IMG/VR virus record: IMGVR_UViG_3300025133_000022
Location: 32,001-96,000 of that record
Strand: one strand, 5' to 3'
Length of the DNA: 64,000 nucleotides
Origin: a virus
The position numbers and the translations under genes were made by a program. A model generated the notes under the pieces. The model was given only the letters and a program-made list of their open reading frames with translations. It was not told the origin of the DNA and searched no databases. Positions 9,280 to 18,297 of this stretch are shown here, one piece after another (position 1 is the stretch's first letter; the number at the start of each line of letters is the position of its first letter).

Positions 9280-9588
9280 ATGTTTCACGTTACCCTTCAA
9301 GTTTCACCAAGAAAAAAAGATTCATATGGCTATTTTAGCAGTATAGAAGTAGCCACACATGTGGCCGAGAGCCTTACAGGCTATTCAAAAGACAACGATC
9401 CAGTTTGTGGCGTCGTGACTGAAGTGCCAATTGACACAAGCGCTTCAATCGCAGAATACAAAGAAAAGTCAACCAAAGCTGCAGAACTAACTGAACGCAA
9501 GCAGTGGGCGAATTTCTATGAGCAAATGACCAGTCAGCAAAAAGACCTCATGTCCAAATTTGCTCCAGCGTCCCTTCAAGATACCTAA
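9280..9588 (+). CDS. Hypothetical protein
   Basis: ORF with RBS. Confidence 0.6.
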   Translation: MFHVTLQVSPRKKDSYGYFSSIEVATHVAESLTGYSKDNDPVCGVVTEVPIDTSASIAEYKEKSTKAAELTERKQWANFYEQMTSQQKDLMSKFAPASLQDT

Positions 9589-9620
9589 ACTGAATATGCT
9601 GCTAACAGCAGCATGCTTAC

Positions 9621-9694
9621 GCTCCGGTAGCTCAGTTGGATAGAGCATCGGCCTTCTAAGCCGGCGGCCCTAGGTTCAAGTCCTAGTCGGAGCA
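9621..9694 (+). tRNA. tRNA-Arg(TCT)
   Basis: Cloverleaf; loop ctTCTaa. Confidence 0.92.
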
Positions 9695-9721
9695 CTACTC
9701 TCACAAAAAAAAGAGAAACTT

Positions 9722-10147
9722 ATGCCAATACTACTTGAGCGACCAAAACTAGTCATAGATGAAAACGGAAGGCCAATTTCAGAAAACGAAATGAAAAAAC
9801 GACAATGGAAAACCACAGTTGTTTGCGGCCAGCACAGCCTTGGCTGTGGTGCCAAATCAGAAATCGTTTTCAACGACATCTTCAAAAAAGTAATTCAAAA
9901 CCCTTCAATGACTCAAATCGGATATCATGCAAAATGCATGCATTGTCACCAAGATTTGGTAATTCCTCATAATGACACTCCTTGGCATTACGATGAAATT
10001 CCCGTGAAAACCAAATGGTTAAAAACCTATATGACGAGTCTAGTCGATACACTGCATGCAGAGTCCAACGACCGCCAACGCCTTAAAATAGATCTAATGA
10101 AAGACAATATCGATATTAAATATCTTAGAGAATACGACTGGTCATAA
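9722..10147 (+). CDS. Hypothetical protein, possible Zn-binding
   Basis: CGQHSLGCG and CMHC motifs. Confidence 0.55.
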   Translation: MPILLERPKLVIDENGRPISENEMKKRQWKTTVVCGQHSLGCGAKSEIVFNDIFKKVIQNPSMTQIGYHAKCMHCHQDLVIPHNDTPWHYDEIPVKTKWLKTYMTSLVDTLHAESNDRQRLKIDLMKDNIDIKYLREYDWS

Positions 10148-10151
10148 TTCC

Positions 10152-10181
10152 TTGACGCCAAATTCATAGCAGGGTTACCAT
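10152..10181 (+). promoter_or_regulatory. Possible sigma70-type promoter
   Basis: TTGACG-N18-TACCAT upstream of the gene at 10206. Confidence 0.35.
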
Positions 10182-10205
10182 CTTGCTAATGGGCGAGGTG
10201 TCAAA

Positions 10206-10694
10206 ATGACAAGTGAAAACACTCATAGAGATTTATGTAAATTAGCAACAGGTTGGTTAGTTAAGCAATCTTGGTGCGATATCGCGTGTTACGAACTTAA
10301 GGTAGGAAGAGGATTTGCTGATGCTATTGGACTCAGCAAACCCAGAGCACGTGTACATCGTATTACTATTATCGAATGCAAAAGAACTCGTTCAGATCTT
10401 TTGCAAGATCTGCGTGCCGGCAAATACCGCAAATATGAACAAAAATCTACCCACTGCTATCTAGCTGCTACTGCTGAAGCCTATGGTAATAAAACAAATA
10501 GTCAAATATTAGTAGATATGAAAAACAGAGGTGTTCCAGATCACTGGGGGCTTCTAAGGTTTGGACCAAGAAGTGAGATTATTTGCATTCGCTCAACAAA
10601 AGCACACAGACGCACTACAGCAACACAAGTCCGTGGACTTGTACGAAAAGTTGCCAGATCTCTATGTTATAGAGCAATTCAAGGAAAACTATGA
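10206..10694 (+). CDS. PD-(D/E)xK nuclease-fold protein (MmcB-like)
   Basis: ADAIG...IIECKRTRSDLLQD...KYRKY...CYLA pattern. Confidence 0.65.
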   Translation: MTSENTHRDLCKLATGWLVKQSWCDIACYELKVGRGFADAIGLSKPRARVHRITIIECKRTRSDLLQDLRAGKYRKYEQKSTHCYLAATAEAYGNKTNSQILVDMKNRGVPDHWGLLRFGPRSEIICIRSTKAHRRTTATQVRGLVRKVARSLCYRAIQGKL

Positions 10695-11041
10695 GCCTAC
10701 AAGAAACAACAGCAGCATGGACTAAACTCCAAGAACTTAAGATAAAGCATCTTCGAATATGGCAGCCTAAGAAAGATTCTATAAACATGACAGACATGAC
10801 TTCCATTCACAGTATGGCAAAAGCCTTAAACATACAAATGTCAAACGCCATGGATGTAGAAGAAATTCACGAAGCTGCCTATGCGCTCGCTACCAAAGTA
10901 GCCGCACTGCCCTTTAGTGAATTCACTACATGGAATCAAGGACAAGCAGAACGCTCTATGAGTACCGGCCAACTTATGAGTGAAATCAGCAGTTCCAAGC
11001 TAATGGCTATGGCAGGCATTTCAACTTCTGAGCATTTCTAA
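10691..11041 (+). CDS. Hypothetical protein
   Basis: Coupled ORF. Confidence 0.55.
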   Translation: MSLQETTAAWTKLQELKIKHLRIWQPKKDSINMTDMTSIHSMAKALNIQMSNAMDVEEIHEAAYALATKVAALPFSEFTTWNQGQAERSMSTGQLMSEISSSKLMAMAGISTSEHF

Positions 11042-11248
11042 TTGGACAATAAAGAAAGATACATCTTACAATTCGAAAGCCTTGGAATCTCTTGTCAATG
11101 TGGTTGGACTGGTAAAATAAAACATTTAAATCAAAAAATGTGGAGCTGGCTGTGTCCTAGCTGCAGTCTCATTCTTCTCGGTCAACATCATTACAAACCA
11201 CCAAAATCTTACTACAAAACTACGAAACTTCTATAAAAGGATTTCCAA

Positions 11249-12610
11249 ATGAGCTACCAAGGCATCATAACCACAGTCAAGCTGAAACCACATCCTAGTG
11301 CAGACAAATTACTTCTTGCAGAAGTGGCAGGACACCAGCTAGTCTGCGCCAAGAATGCATACGAAGACGGTGACATCGTCATTTTCTTCCCCGAAGGTGG
11401 CCAACTCAGCCACCCGCTCTGCTGGTACAATGACCTCTACCGAGAAAACAAAGGTGAAAACCGCACACCTAATGTCTATGGATACTTTAGTGAAAATCGT
11501 CGAGTACGCAGCATTAAATTACGTGGTGAAATCTCAGAAGGCTTCATGCTTCCACTCGAAGGCTTGGCTTTCGTTGGCTCAGCCAAACCCCCGAGCGAAC
11601 TCCTTCGTCCCGGCATGCTTATCAACGAACTGCTAGGCAACGAAATCTGCAGAAAATACGAAACCCGTGCAACGAAACAAGCCCGACAAAAAGCAAGTGG
11701 TAAAGCTCGTAAAGACATTAACAACTTTGCCAAGGTTGGACAAACCAGTAAATTCCGCTACGTGATGAACAGCATCCCTAAAGATGCCATCATAACCATA
11801 TCTGAAAAGATTCATGGTACCAGTGGCAGAACCGGTCTTGTTAAAATCAAAGAACGTGTTGACCTACCATACCCCTGGTGGAAGCGTGCTTTGTACTGGA
11901 CTCGAGGACTGTTGCCCAACTGGACTTACGATCCAAAATACGTACCCCACACCCATACGCGAGAATTCAAACACCTCAGTGGCAGTCGCCGTATGATTGT
12001 GGCTCAAGACGAACAAATCTGCAAAACTCGTCCAGATGGTACTCCAATTCCACTTGGTTACCGCAAAAAGATTCACAACGCACTAATCAGCTGCCTCCGC
12101 CCAGGAGAAAGCCTATATTACGAAATCGTAGTGTGTAACGATCAAGGTGTATCCGACTTCCGACAAAAAATCGGCAACAACAAAAGCGACACAGTTCTCA
12201 AAAGTCTTCGAAAGAAATACGATGAACAAATGAACTATAGTTATGGGGTTGCTCCAGGCAGTTACAACATCTGGATATATCGCATCACCATGCAAAACGA
12301 ACGAGGTGATGCGATTCGCCTAGGATGGAATCAAATGACCAAGCGTGCCGCAGAGCTTGGAATTAGTACCGTTCCAGTGCTTGATCAATTCATCTACGAT
12401 GGTGACGCAGAGGCTCTTAACAAACGTCTTGCTCTCATCAGTGATGGACCTAGCACTTTAGACAGCACACACATTCGAGAAGGTGTGTGTGTGCATATCG
12501 ACAGTCCTAAAATGCAAAACGTATTTAAGCGAAAGGGTTTTGCATTTTGTCACTTGGAAGGAATAGCCAAGAACGACGATGAGTACGTTGATCCAGAAGA
12601 CATTGCGTGA
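11249..12610 (+). CDS. RNA ligase, DRB0094/Rnl2-like, with N-terminal OB/tRNA-binding domain
   Basis: HPSADKL, FFPEG, RVRSIKLRGEISEG N-domain; motif I SEKIHGTS; YYEIV; REGVCV; FKRK. Confidence 0.88.
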   Translation: MSYQGIITTVKLKPHPSADKLLLAEVAGHQLVCAKNAYEDGDIVIFFPEGGQLSHPLCWYNDLYRENKGENRTPNVYGYFSENRRVRSIKLRGEISEGFMLPLEGLAFVGSAKPPSELLRPGMLINELLGNEICRKYETRATKQARQKASGKARKDINNFAKVGQTSKFRYVMNSIPKDAIITISEKIHGTSGRTGLVKIKERVDLPYPWWKRALYWTRGLLPNWTYDPKYVPHTHTREFKHLSGSRRMIVAQDEQICKTRPDGTPIPLGYRKKIHNALISCLRPGESLYYEIVVCNDQGVSDFRQKIGNNKSDTVLKSLRKKYDEQMNYSYGVAPGSYNIWIYRITMQNERGDAIRLGWNQMTKRAAELGISTVPVLDQFIYDGDAEALNKRLALISDGPSTLDSTHIREGVCVHIDSPKMQNVFKRKGFAFCHLEGIAKNDDEYVDPEDIA

Positions 12611-12652
12611 TACTATACCCCTATAGCGACTTTTGTCATATAGAGGGCATTA

Positions 12653-13213
12653 ATGCACACCGGAACAATAACTATTAGAGGAGTTGAATACTCCTCTATT
12701 ACCGAGGCTACCAAGGCCCACGGTATTAACAACCGCACGTACCACACAAGAATCAAGAGAGGGTGGTCACCAGAACAAGCACTTCAACTAGTGGCCCCAC
12801 CCAAGAAGTACTTCAGCGCATATAATCACTGGCTAGCACTTCAAGACGAACCCGTTAGAATCTGCAACGCCTGTGCTGAAGAGAAGCCTCTAGAAGACTT
12901 CTACAAGAAAAGCTCAAAGATCGGCTATGGTGCTCGATGTCGACCATGTGTAAGCAAACAAGTCCTCAGAAATTTACGAAAACGTGTCTACGGTTTAGAT
13001 CCAGACCAATGGAAAGCACTCTTTGAATCTCAAGACAGATGCTGTGCTATCTGCAAGACCAAGCACCCAGGCAAAGGAACTTGGCATACCGACCATTGCC
13101 ACAGCACAAATACAGTAAGAGGCATCCTGTGCAGAAATTGCAATGTAGGACTAGGCTTCTTTAAAGACAAGACCGAGCTGCTACAAGCAGCCATAGGATA
13201 TCTAGATGAATGA
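12653..13213 (+). CDS. Endonuclease VII-family HNH endonuclease (free-standing homing endonuclease-like)
   Basis: CCAIC...HTDHCH...VRGILCRNCNVGLG. Confidence 0.88.
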   Translation: MHTGTITIRGVEYSSITEATKAHGINNRTYHTRIKRGWSPEQALQLVAPPKKYFSAYNHWLALQDEPVRICNACAEEKPLEDFYKKSSKIGYGARCRPCVSKQVLRNLRKRVYGLDPDQWKALFESQDRCCAICKTKHPGKGTWHTDHCHSTNTVRGILCRNCNVGLGFFKDKTELLQAAIGYLDE

Positions 13214-13448
13214 GAAAGACATTGCAGCTTTACTTTCCGGTGGAATTCCTATTCTGTTGCTCATTCTTGCAGGACTCTTTGGAGGCGTGTTTATAACAGC
13301 TTTCAATTACTACATAGTTGGCTTAATCATAATAGCAGGCATCGCAATGCAAGTCTTGTACATATTGGAAAGCCCCTTAAGAATGGCTCTCATTTACAGT
13401 GCCTTTTATGGCATCTACTGGTTGCTTACCATTCCTGGCACAGCATAA
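13206..13448 (+). CDS. Small membrane protein
   Basis: Hydrophobic ORF. Confidence 0.55.
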   Translation: MNEKDIAALLSGGIPILLLILAGLFGGVFITAFNYYIVGLIIIAGIAMQVLYILESPLRMALIYSAFYGIYWLLTIPGTA

Positions 13449-13519
13449 ATAATAGAAACACAAATACAACTTAAAATATACTTGGTGGATGCCAAGCAAA
13501 CCCAATAAAGGATCCAACT

Positions 13520-13747
13520 ATGACACATGGCAAAGCAACAACGCTTTCGCAGTTAATAGATCAAAAGCGAAGAGAGTACGGATTAGACTGGGACGCCCAC
13601 AAGCAAGTATGCCGAAAAGCATGCATTAACTGGTCGATAGCAAACCAAAAGGCCATCCTGCACACTCCAGACATGGGTCGTGTAACCCTTGAGGGTTATA
13701 TTAAAGCTTATCATCAGCTTTATGTGAACCCAGAGGAAATATCATGA
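13520..13747 (+). CDS. Hypothetical protein
   Basis: ORF with AAGGA RBS. Confidence 0.55.
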   Translation: MTHGKATTLSQLIDQKRREYGLDWDAHKQVCRKACINWSIANQKAILHTPDMGRVTLEGYIKAYHQLYVNPEEIS

Positions 13748-14061
13748 ATAAGCAAATTGCAGCAACAGTCATTGGTGCGATTTCAGGTGCTATGTATTTT
13801 GCATTTGCAGTTCACATGCTGACAAATACCCTGTTGTGAAATATCCAGAACAAGTACAACGACTGATAGACCAATGTGTCGCCGCTCCTAAACAGAGCGA
13901 GCGACAGCAAGCTGTTGAAGCACTTATTGAGCTTCTTACAAAACCAAAAAATGACTTCTCGTGCATTTGTACCAAAAACGACCCTTGGTGTATTTGCTGG
14001 AGTAGATGAGCGGGGCGTAGCCCCGCTTTAGGTAAGAAAACTTAATAAGGAGCACAAGCCT

Positions 14062-14367
14062 ATGAATACTGTTCAACTTTACAGAACAATGCACGCAGCC
14101 CTACATAATAGTGAAGCAAAAACAGTACAAGTAGAAGAAAACACATATCAGGTTGAAACCACAAACAAAAGTATTCGTTACATACGATATAAAAATATCG
14201 TATTCGCACAACAAGATACAACTCAAATGGGTTACCTAGCCCATTTAGCAAAAAGTCAACCAATTTCTAGAATTATTCGCACAGGACAAAAGTGGGGTTG
14301 GATTTCAAACAAAGAAATCGCTGACCCACTCCTCGTGAGCAATGATGGCCAGGTGGCGCAACGGTGA
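14062..14367 (+). CDS. Hypothetical protein
   Basis: ORF with AAGGAG RBS. Confidence 0.6.
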   Translation: MNTVQLYRTMHAALHNSEAKTVQVEENTYQVETTNKSIRYIRYKNIVFAQQDTTQMGYLAHLAKSQPISRIIRTGQKWGWISNKEIADPLLVSNDGQVAQR

Positions 14368-14427
14368 CGCAGCAGGTTTAGGCCCTGTGATCTAATGATC
14401 TTGCGGGTTCGAATCCCGTCCTGGCCA
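14347..14427 (+). tRNA. tRNA-Leu(TAG)
   Basis: Type II cloverleaf; loop ttTAGgc. Confidence 0.88.
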
Positions 14428-14463
14428 CTATTTTTATTCTACAATCTTAATCCAAAGAAAAAA

Positions 14464-14793
14464 ATGAGCACACCTCCAATAGAAGAACTACTCCCAAAAA
14501 CCGAGTTTGAAAAGCCACGCGCTCCACTCGGTATGAGAAAGTTCACAATATATCGTCCTTCAGATGAAACCGGTGTCAGTGGAATAGGAATTGTCGCTCA
14601 AGGCATCTTGTTTGCTGATGGTACTGCCAGTGTGCAGTGGGTCTGCCCACCTGCTGCTGGAGATGTACAAACCAAAAAATGGGAAAGTTTCTTAGACGTA
14701 CATGTACGTCAACACCCAAAGAACCAAACCATCATTACTTGGGAAGACGGCAAGCAAGACATATACGAACCTGTTGCAGAATCTACAGAATAA
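14464..14793 (+). CDS. Hypothetical phage protein
   Basis: DETGVSGIGIVAQGILFADG-x-VQW resembles a motif I recall from other phage proteins. Confidence 0.6.
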   Translation: MSTPPIEELLPKTEFEKPRAPLGMRKFTIYRPSDETGVSGIGIVAQGILFADGTASVQWVCPPAAGDVQTKKWESFLDVHVRQHPKNQTIITWEDGKQDIYEPVAESTE

Positions 14794-14861
14794 CAAATAC
14801 CCCGACTGTAGGTACAACAAGATTCAATTACAAACACAAATCTTAAACCAAAGACCCAACC

Positions 14862-15767
14862 ATGAACCTTACTGAAAAAACGGCACCACCACGCACGCTG
14901 AACCCAAACGGCTGGTACATTCAAATGCACAACTATATTGGATGGGACTACAGCAAAAGAAACTTTTGTCCATTCTTTTGGAAAACTGCACTTGGATGCG
15001 CTCTCATCGGCTTCATCTTCGTCTGGCGTCTTAGCATTGCCATGCTTAAGATCGCAGCTCATGGCATCGGCTGGTGCTTAGGCGGCGTCCACAAGGCCGT
15101 TTGTTGGCTAATTCCACACAAACTTCTAAATTTCCTAGCACGCACTCTGACCAACACCATTAGCAAGCTGATAGATATTTATGAAATACAAGAGCTAAAA
15201 AGACTTGAACGTCTTTACGGCCATTACGATCAATTTGCTATGCTCATTGCATATCGTTTAGAAAACGCCAAAGATATCTCGCCCAATACACGATCAGCAT
15301 ATTACAAAACAATTACTGATCGTATCAAAATCACCAATGACGAAAACCAGACACACTGGACGCGATACCAGACAATTCCTGGAGGAAAATTACGAGTCAA
15401 ACCTGCATTAAAAATGACTGATGTCTGTTTATACAAAAATGACTACAAGCCCATTTCAGATGCAATAGCTACTCATAATGCCAAACATCAAGCAATTTTT
15501 GGTAGCATCTTGCTGTTCTCTATAGCCTGCGTGCTCTTGACTGTAATTTATGCTGTCATCGGGACTGGTGGAATGCTATCTGGCCTACTCTTTGTCAGTA
15601 AGTGGTTGCTAATAGTTGGTGGCGTTATCGCCACCATCGTTGCTACTGTTGCTGGAGCTCCTCTTGTATGGGGCTACTGGAAAGATGTAGTCATGCAAAA
15701 ATACTGCCCATCAATCATATGGGAAGAAGAAACTCAAGATAACAATTTACCAACAAAAGAGAAATAA
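14862..15767 (+). CDS. Membrane protein
   Basis: N- and C-terminal TM segments. Confidence 0.65.
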   Translation: MNLTEKTAPPRTLNPNGWYIQMHNYIGWDYSKRNFCPFFWKTALGCALIGFIFVWRLSIAMLKIAAHGIGWCLGGVHKAVCWLIPHKLLNFLARTLTNTISKLIDIYEIQELKRLERLYGHYDQFAMLIAYRLENAKDISPNTRSAYYKTITDRIKITNDENQTHWTRYQTIPGGKLRVKPALKMTDVCLYKNDYKPISDAIATHNAKHQAIFGSILLFSIACVLLTVIYAVIGTGGMLSGLLFVSKWLLIVGGVIATIVATVAGAPLVWGYWKDVVMQKYCPSIIWEEETQDNNLPTKEK

Positions 15768-15770
15768 ATA

Positions 15771-15956
15771 ATGAGCAACTCAAAAAATAAAGTCATTGTC
15801 AGTTCAGGCATTAGCACCGGAACCCTTGTAGCTGCAATAGCTAGCTACTTGCTTGGAAACAGCTTTGGCTGGATCATCTGGCACGGAATTATGGGATGGG
15901 CTTATGTCCTGTACCTGATAGCCGGGTGCGGTGGCGGCCTACCTGCACTTCCTTAA
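15771..15956 (+). CDS. Small membrane protein
   Basis: Hydrophobic ORF. Confidence 0.5.
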   Translation: MSNSKNKVIVSSGISTGTLVAAIASYLLGNSFGWIIWHGIMGWAYVLYLIAGCGGGLPALP

Positions 15957-15957
15957 A

Positions 15958-16350
15958 TCAAGGACATGCCAACAACAATCGCGCTTCGTTCAGAGTAAGG
16001 GGTTCGCGCCCCTGCTCCTCGTCGCACGATGCTACAAGTAGCGCTTCACCTGTAAGTCCATTCCAATCCACAAGAGCATCCCAGCAAACTCCATCATCTG
16101 AAGTAATTTCAATAATTACTCCATCAGTTTGAATTAATAGATTTTCATCTAAACAATATTCAGACAACACAACCCCATCTTCAAAAAGCATTTCTACCAT
16201 TCCGTCATCTCTAAAACGTCCACAAACACCTTCGTATGATTGAATAACAGCTGGAGCTTCTTCAACCTCCAGCCAGAGATTTATAAAATCATATTTGCCT
16301 GTAGAGTTCTCAGGGGTTACAATACATGCTACTAGTAGCCAAATCAACAT
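15958..16350 (-). CDS. Predicted acidic lipoprotein
   Basis: AGGAG RBS before ATG at 16350; MLIWLLVAC lipobox-like signal. Confidence 0.55.
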   Translation of the reverse strand: MLIWLLVACIVTPENSTGKYDFINLWLEVEEAPAVIQSYEGVCGRFRDDGMVEMLFEDGVVLSEYCLDENLLIQTDGVIIEITSDDGVCWDALVDWNGLTGEALLVASCDEEQGREPLTLNEARLLLACP

Positions 16351-16379
16351 TAGTTTCTCCTGTATCTTTGAAAACATAT

Positions 16380-16456
16380 GGCTGGATAGCTCAGTCTGGT
16401 AGAGCACGGGATTGAAAATCTCGGTGTCAGCGGTTCAAATCCGCTTCCGGTCGCCA
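16380..16456 (+). tRNA. tRNA-Phe(GAA)
   Basis: Cloverleaf; loop ttGAAaa; CCA encoded. Confidence 0.9.
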
Positions 16457-16457
16457 T

Positions 16458-16773
16458 AGAATGTTAGTAGGTAGGATTAATAGTATCCAGGGTTTTGTAC
16501 CCGTTTGCAACTCAAAGAGCTGCGGCTGGTGAAACACCCAGCTAGACTGTAGCATCTAAAGCTCTTGCAGACCCTTTCAAGAGTGGAACAAAGGTATTGA
16601 ACACGGAAATGTGGGAAAGGACCATTGTGTCCAGAACCATAATTCTTGCGCAAAAGAAGAAGTCTCACACTGGTTAAAAGACCAGCTAAACAAACTCCGC
16701 CGAGCTACAAGAGACAACTTTGCAGGCCGTGTAGATATACTGGGCCTTTGGTGTAACAACACGCTAATATTCT
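16458..16773 (+). ncRNA. Candidate ~315-nt structured ncRNA between two tRNAs
   Basis: 10-bp closing stem AGAATGTTAG/CTAATATTCT; nested stems (AAGAGCT/AGCTCTT, GCTGG-TGAAACAC-CCAGC, CTGGT/ACCAG); no credible ORF. Confidence 0.55.
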
Positions 16774-16780
16774 TCCTCCC

Positions 16781-16855
16781 GGCCGGTTAGCTCAGTGGGA
16801 GAGCGTCCCCTTTACACGGGGAGGGTCACAGGTTCGATCCCTGTACCGGCCACCA
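16781..16855 (+). tRNA. tRNA-Val(TAC)
   Basis: Cloverleaf; loop ttTACac; CCA encoded. Confidence 0.93.
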
Positions 16856-16866
16856 CAAGGAACATC

Positions 16867-17100
16867 ATGAAACGAAAACACTTGCTAACTCGAAAAGGGA
16901 TTTACTGCGGGGAAAAGGAAACTCCAGGCAACTGGACTACAAACACCTCCCTCGATCTCAATCAGCCAATTGTCGTTACCTGTTCTGAGTGCAGACTTCA
17001 CCTTCGGCAACGGCACAAAGACAAGGAAAACATGAAGAAAACCTTCACCTCCACCCTCATTGCCGTATTGTCATTCCTTTCAGGAACGTACATTAGTTAA
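16867..17100 (+). CDS. Hypothetical protein
   Basis: ATG after AGGA RBS. Confidence 0.45.
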   Translation: MKRKHLLTRKGIYCGEKETPGNWTTNTSLDLNQPIVVTCSECRLHLRQRHKDKENMKKTFTSTLIAVLSFLSGTYIS

Positions 17101-17102
17101 AC

Positions 17103-17221
17103 GAGAGTGGCGAAATTGGCAAACGCGACGATCGAGGAAAACCTAATGGTTTAGAGAACAACTTTCCAAACTCGCCTGAAGACTAACCATCCGATTATAG
17201 GTTCGAGTCCTGCCTCTCACA
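17103..17221 (+). ncRNA. tRNA-Leu/Ser-like RNA with the anticodon arm replaced by a branched insert
   Basis: D arm GGCGAAATTGGCAAACGC, T-loop GGTTCGAGTCC, GAGAG/CTCTC acceptor; ~60-nt central insert. Confidence 0.55.
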
Positions 17222-17237
17222 TACACAAAGGAAAACA

Positions 17238-17684
17238 ATGACTAAATTGCATTATTTCAACTTTAGTTGGGGGCATGTTGAAAGCAGTAGGATTGCTATG
17301 CTGCCAAGCTGGTACCACGCTGTGGGTTTCGACACCGTAGAGGCAGCTGCCGAAAGTTTTGCTCGCTGCTTGATGACACAGGTACCGCCAACTAAAATGT
17401 GCCCAATTCATGGCAAGCACAATAGCCACTTCTGCCCCGACTGTGGCACAGCGACCACTGTCGGACAATTAAGTGAAGATTGGCAATTCGCTTACGAATT
17501 CTTCAACAACCTATACGTCACAACAGCCAACGACTCACCCAGCAGTGACACTAACGACTGGGACAGAAACTGGTACGCTGAATGGGAAGTCATTGAAACT
17601 GCAGGCATGAAGCCAATTGTAGTAGAATGTTTCGACCGATACCTGGAGACAGGCGACCCAGAAGAACTAATTTGCGATGAATAG
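17238..17684 (+). CDS. Hypothetical protein with Zn-ribbon
   Basis: CPIH...CPDCG. Confidence 0.6.
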   Translation: MTKLHYFNFSWGHVESSRIAMLPSWYHAVGFDTVEAAAESFARCLMTQVPPTKMCPIHGKHNSHFCPDCGTATTVGQLSEDWQFAYEFFNNLYVTTANDSPSSDTNDWDRNWYAEWEVIETAGMKPIVVECFDRYLETGDPEELICDE

Positions 17685-17688
17685 AAAT

Positions 17689-17765
17689 GGGGTGTTGGTC
17701 TAGTCTGGTTAAGACGCCGGCCTGTCTCGCTGGTAACACGGGTTCAAATCCCGTACACCCCGCCA
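17689..17765 (+). tRNA. tRNA-Asp(GTC)
   Basis: Cloverleaf; loop ctGTCtc; CCA encoded. Confidence 0.92.
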
Positions 17766-17826
17766 CCCAAGGAGTCAAAAAAAATGGAAGAGCACTTTCG
17801 CTGAGCTACTTATAAAGGAGCCAGCA

Positions 17827-18045
17827 ATGCACACTAACCATAGACATACGCGGTTAAAGCGCAAAAAGCGCAACAAATATAAATACGATATGCGCAGCCT
17901 AAAACCACCCAAAGATTGGGCATATTTTAGAGCCGCAGAGCAAGAGTGCTTCAACCGAATCCTTCAGGAAGAAGATCCAGATGATATAATCTGGCCTACT
18001 AAGTTAAAGCATATTCCAATCTACAATCCACGTTCATATGATTAA
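17827..18045 (+). CDS. Hypothetical basic protein
   Basis: ORF with AGGAG RBS. Confidence 0.5.
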   Translation: MHTNHRHTRLKRKKRNKYKYDMRSLKPPKDWAYFRAAEQECFNRILQEEDPDDIIWPTKLKHIPIYNPRSYD

Positions 18046-18295
18046 TCTAGGCCGCTATAAGCGGCCTTTGCTTTACGAGAAACCAATGCAATGGAAAACC
18101 AAAAGAAAACTTAAATTAGGTGACACTAGACGACGCCATGTTTTTGCATGGCTTCCTACAGAACTTAATGACGGTACAAGCGTATGGCTAGAAAACTATA
18201 TGCTTGTAGAAGTCTGGTTTCTACACGAAACAGCACATGAAGCATTAGACTATGAGTTCTGGTCTGTAGCAAACAGACTACCAATAGACAACTAA
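18038..18295 (+). CDS. Hypothetical protein
   Basis: Coupled ORF. Confidence 0.5.
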   Translation: MINLGRYKRPLLYEKPMQWKTKRKLKLGDTRRRHVFAWLPTELNDGTSVWLENYMLVEVWFLHETAHEALDYEFWSVANRLPIDN

Positions 18296-18297
18296 CT

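Noticed and set aside
16458-16773. RNase P RNA or tmRNA
   Set aside because: Lacks GAGGAAAGUCC-type conserved regions and a tRNA-like domain
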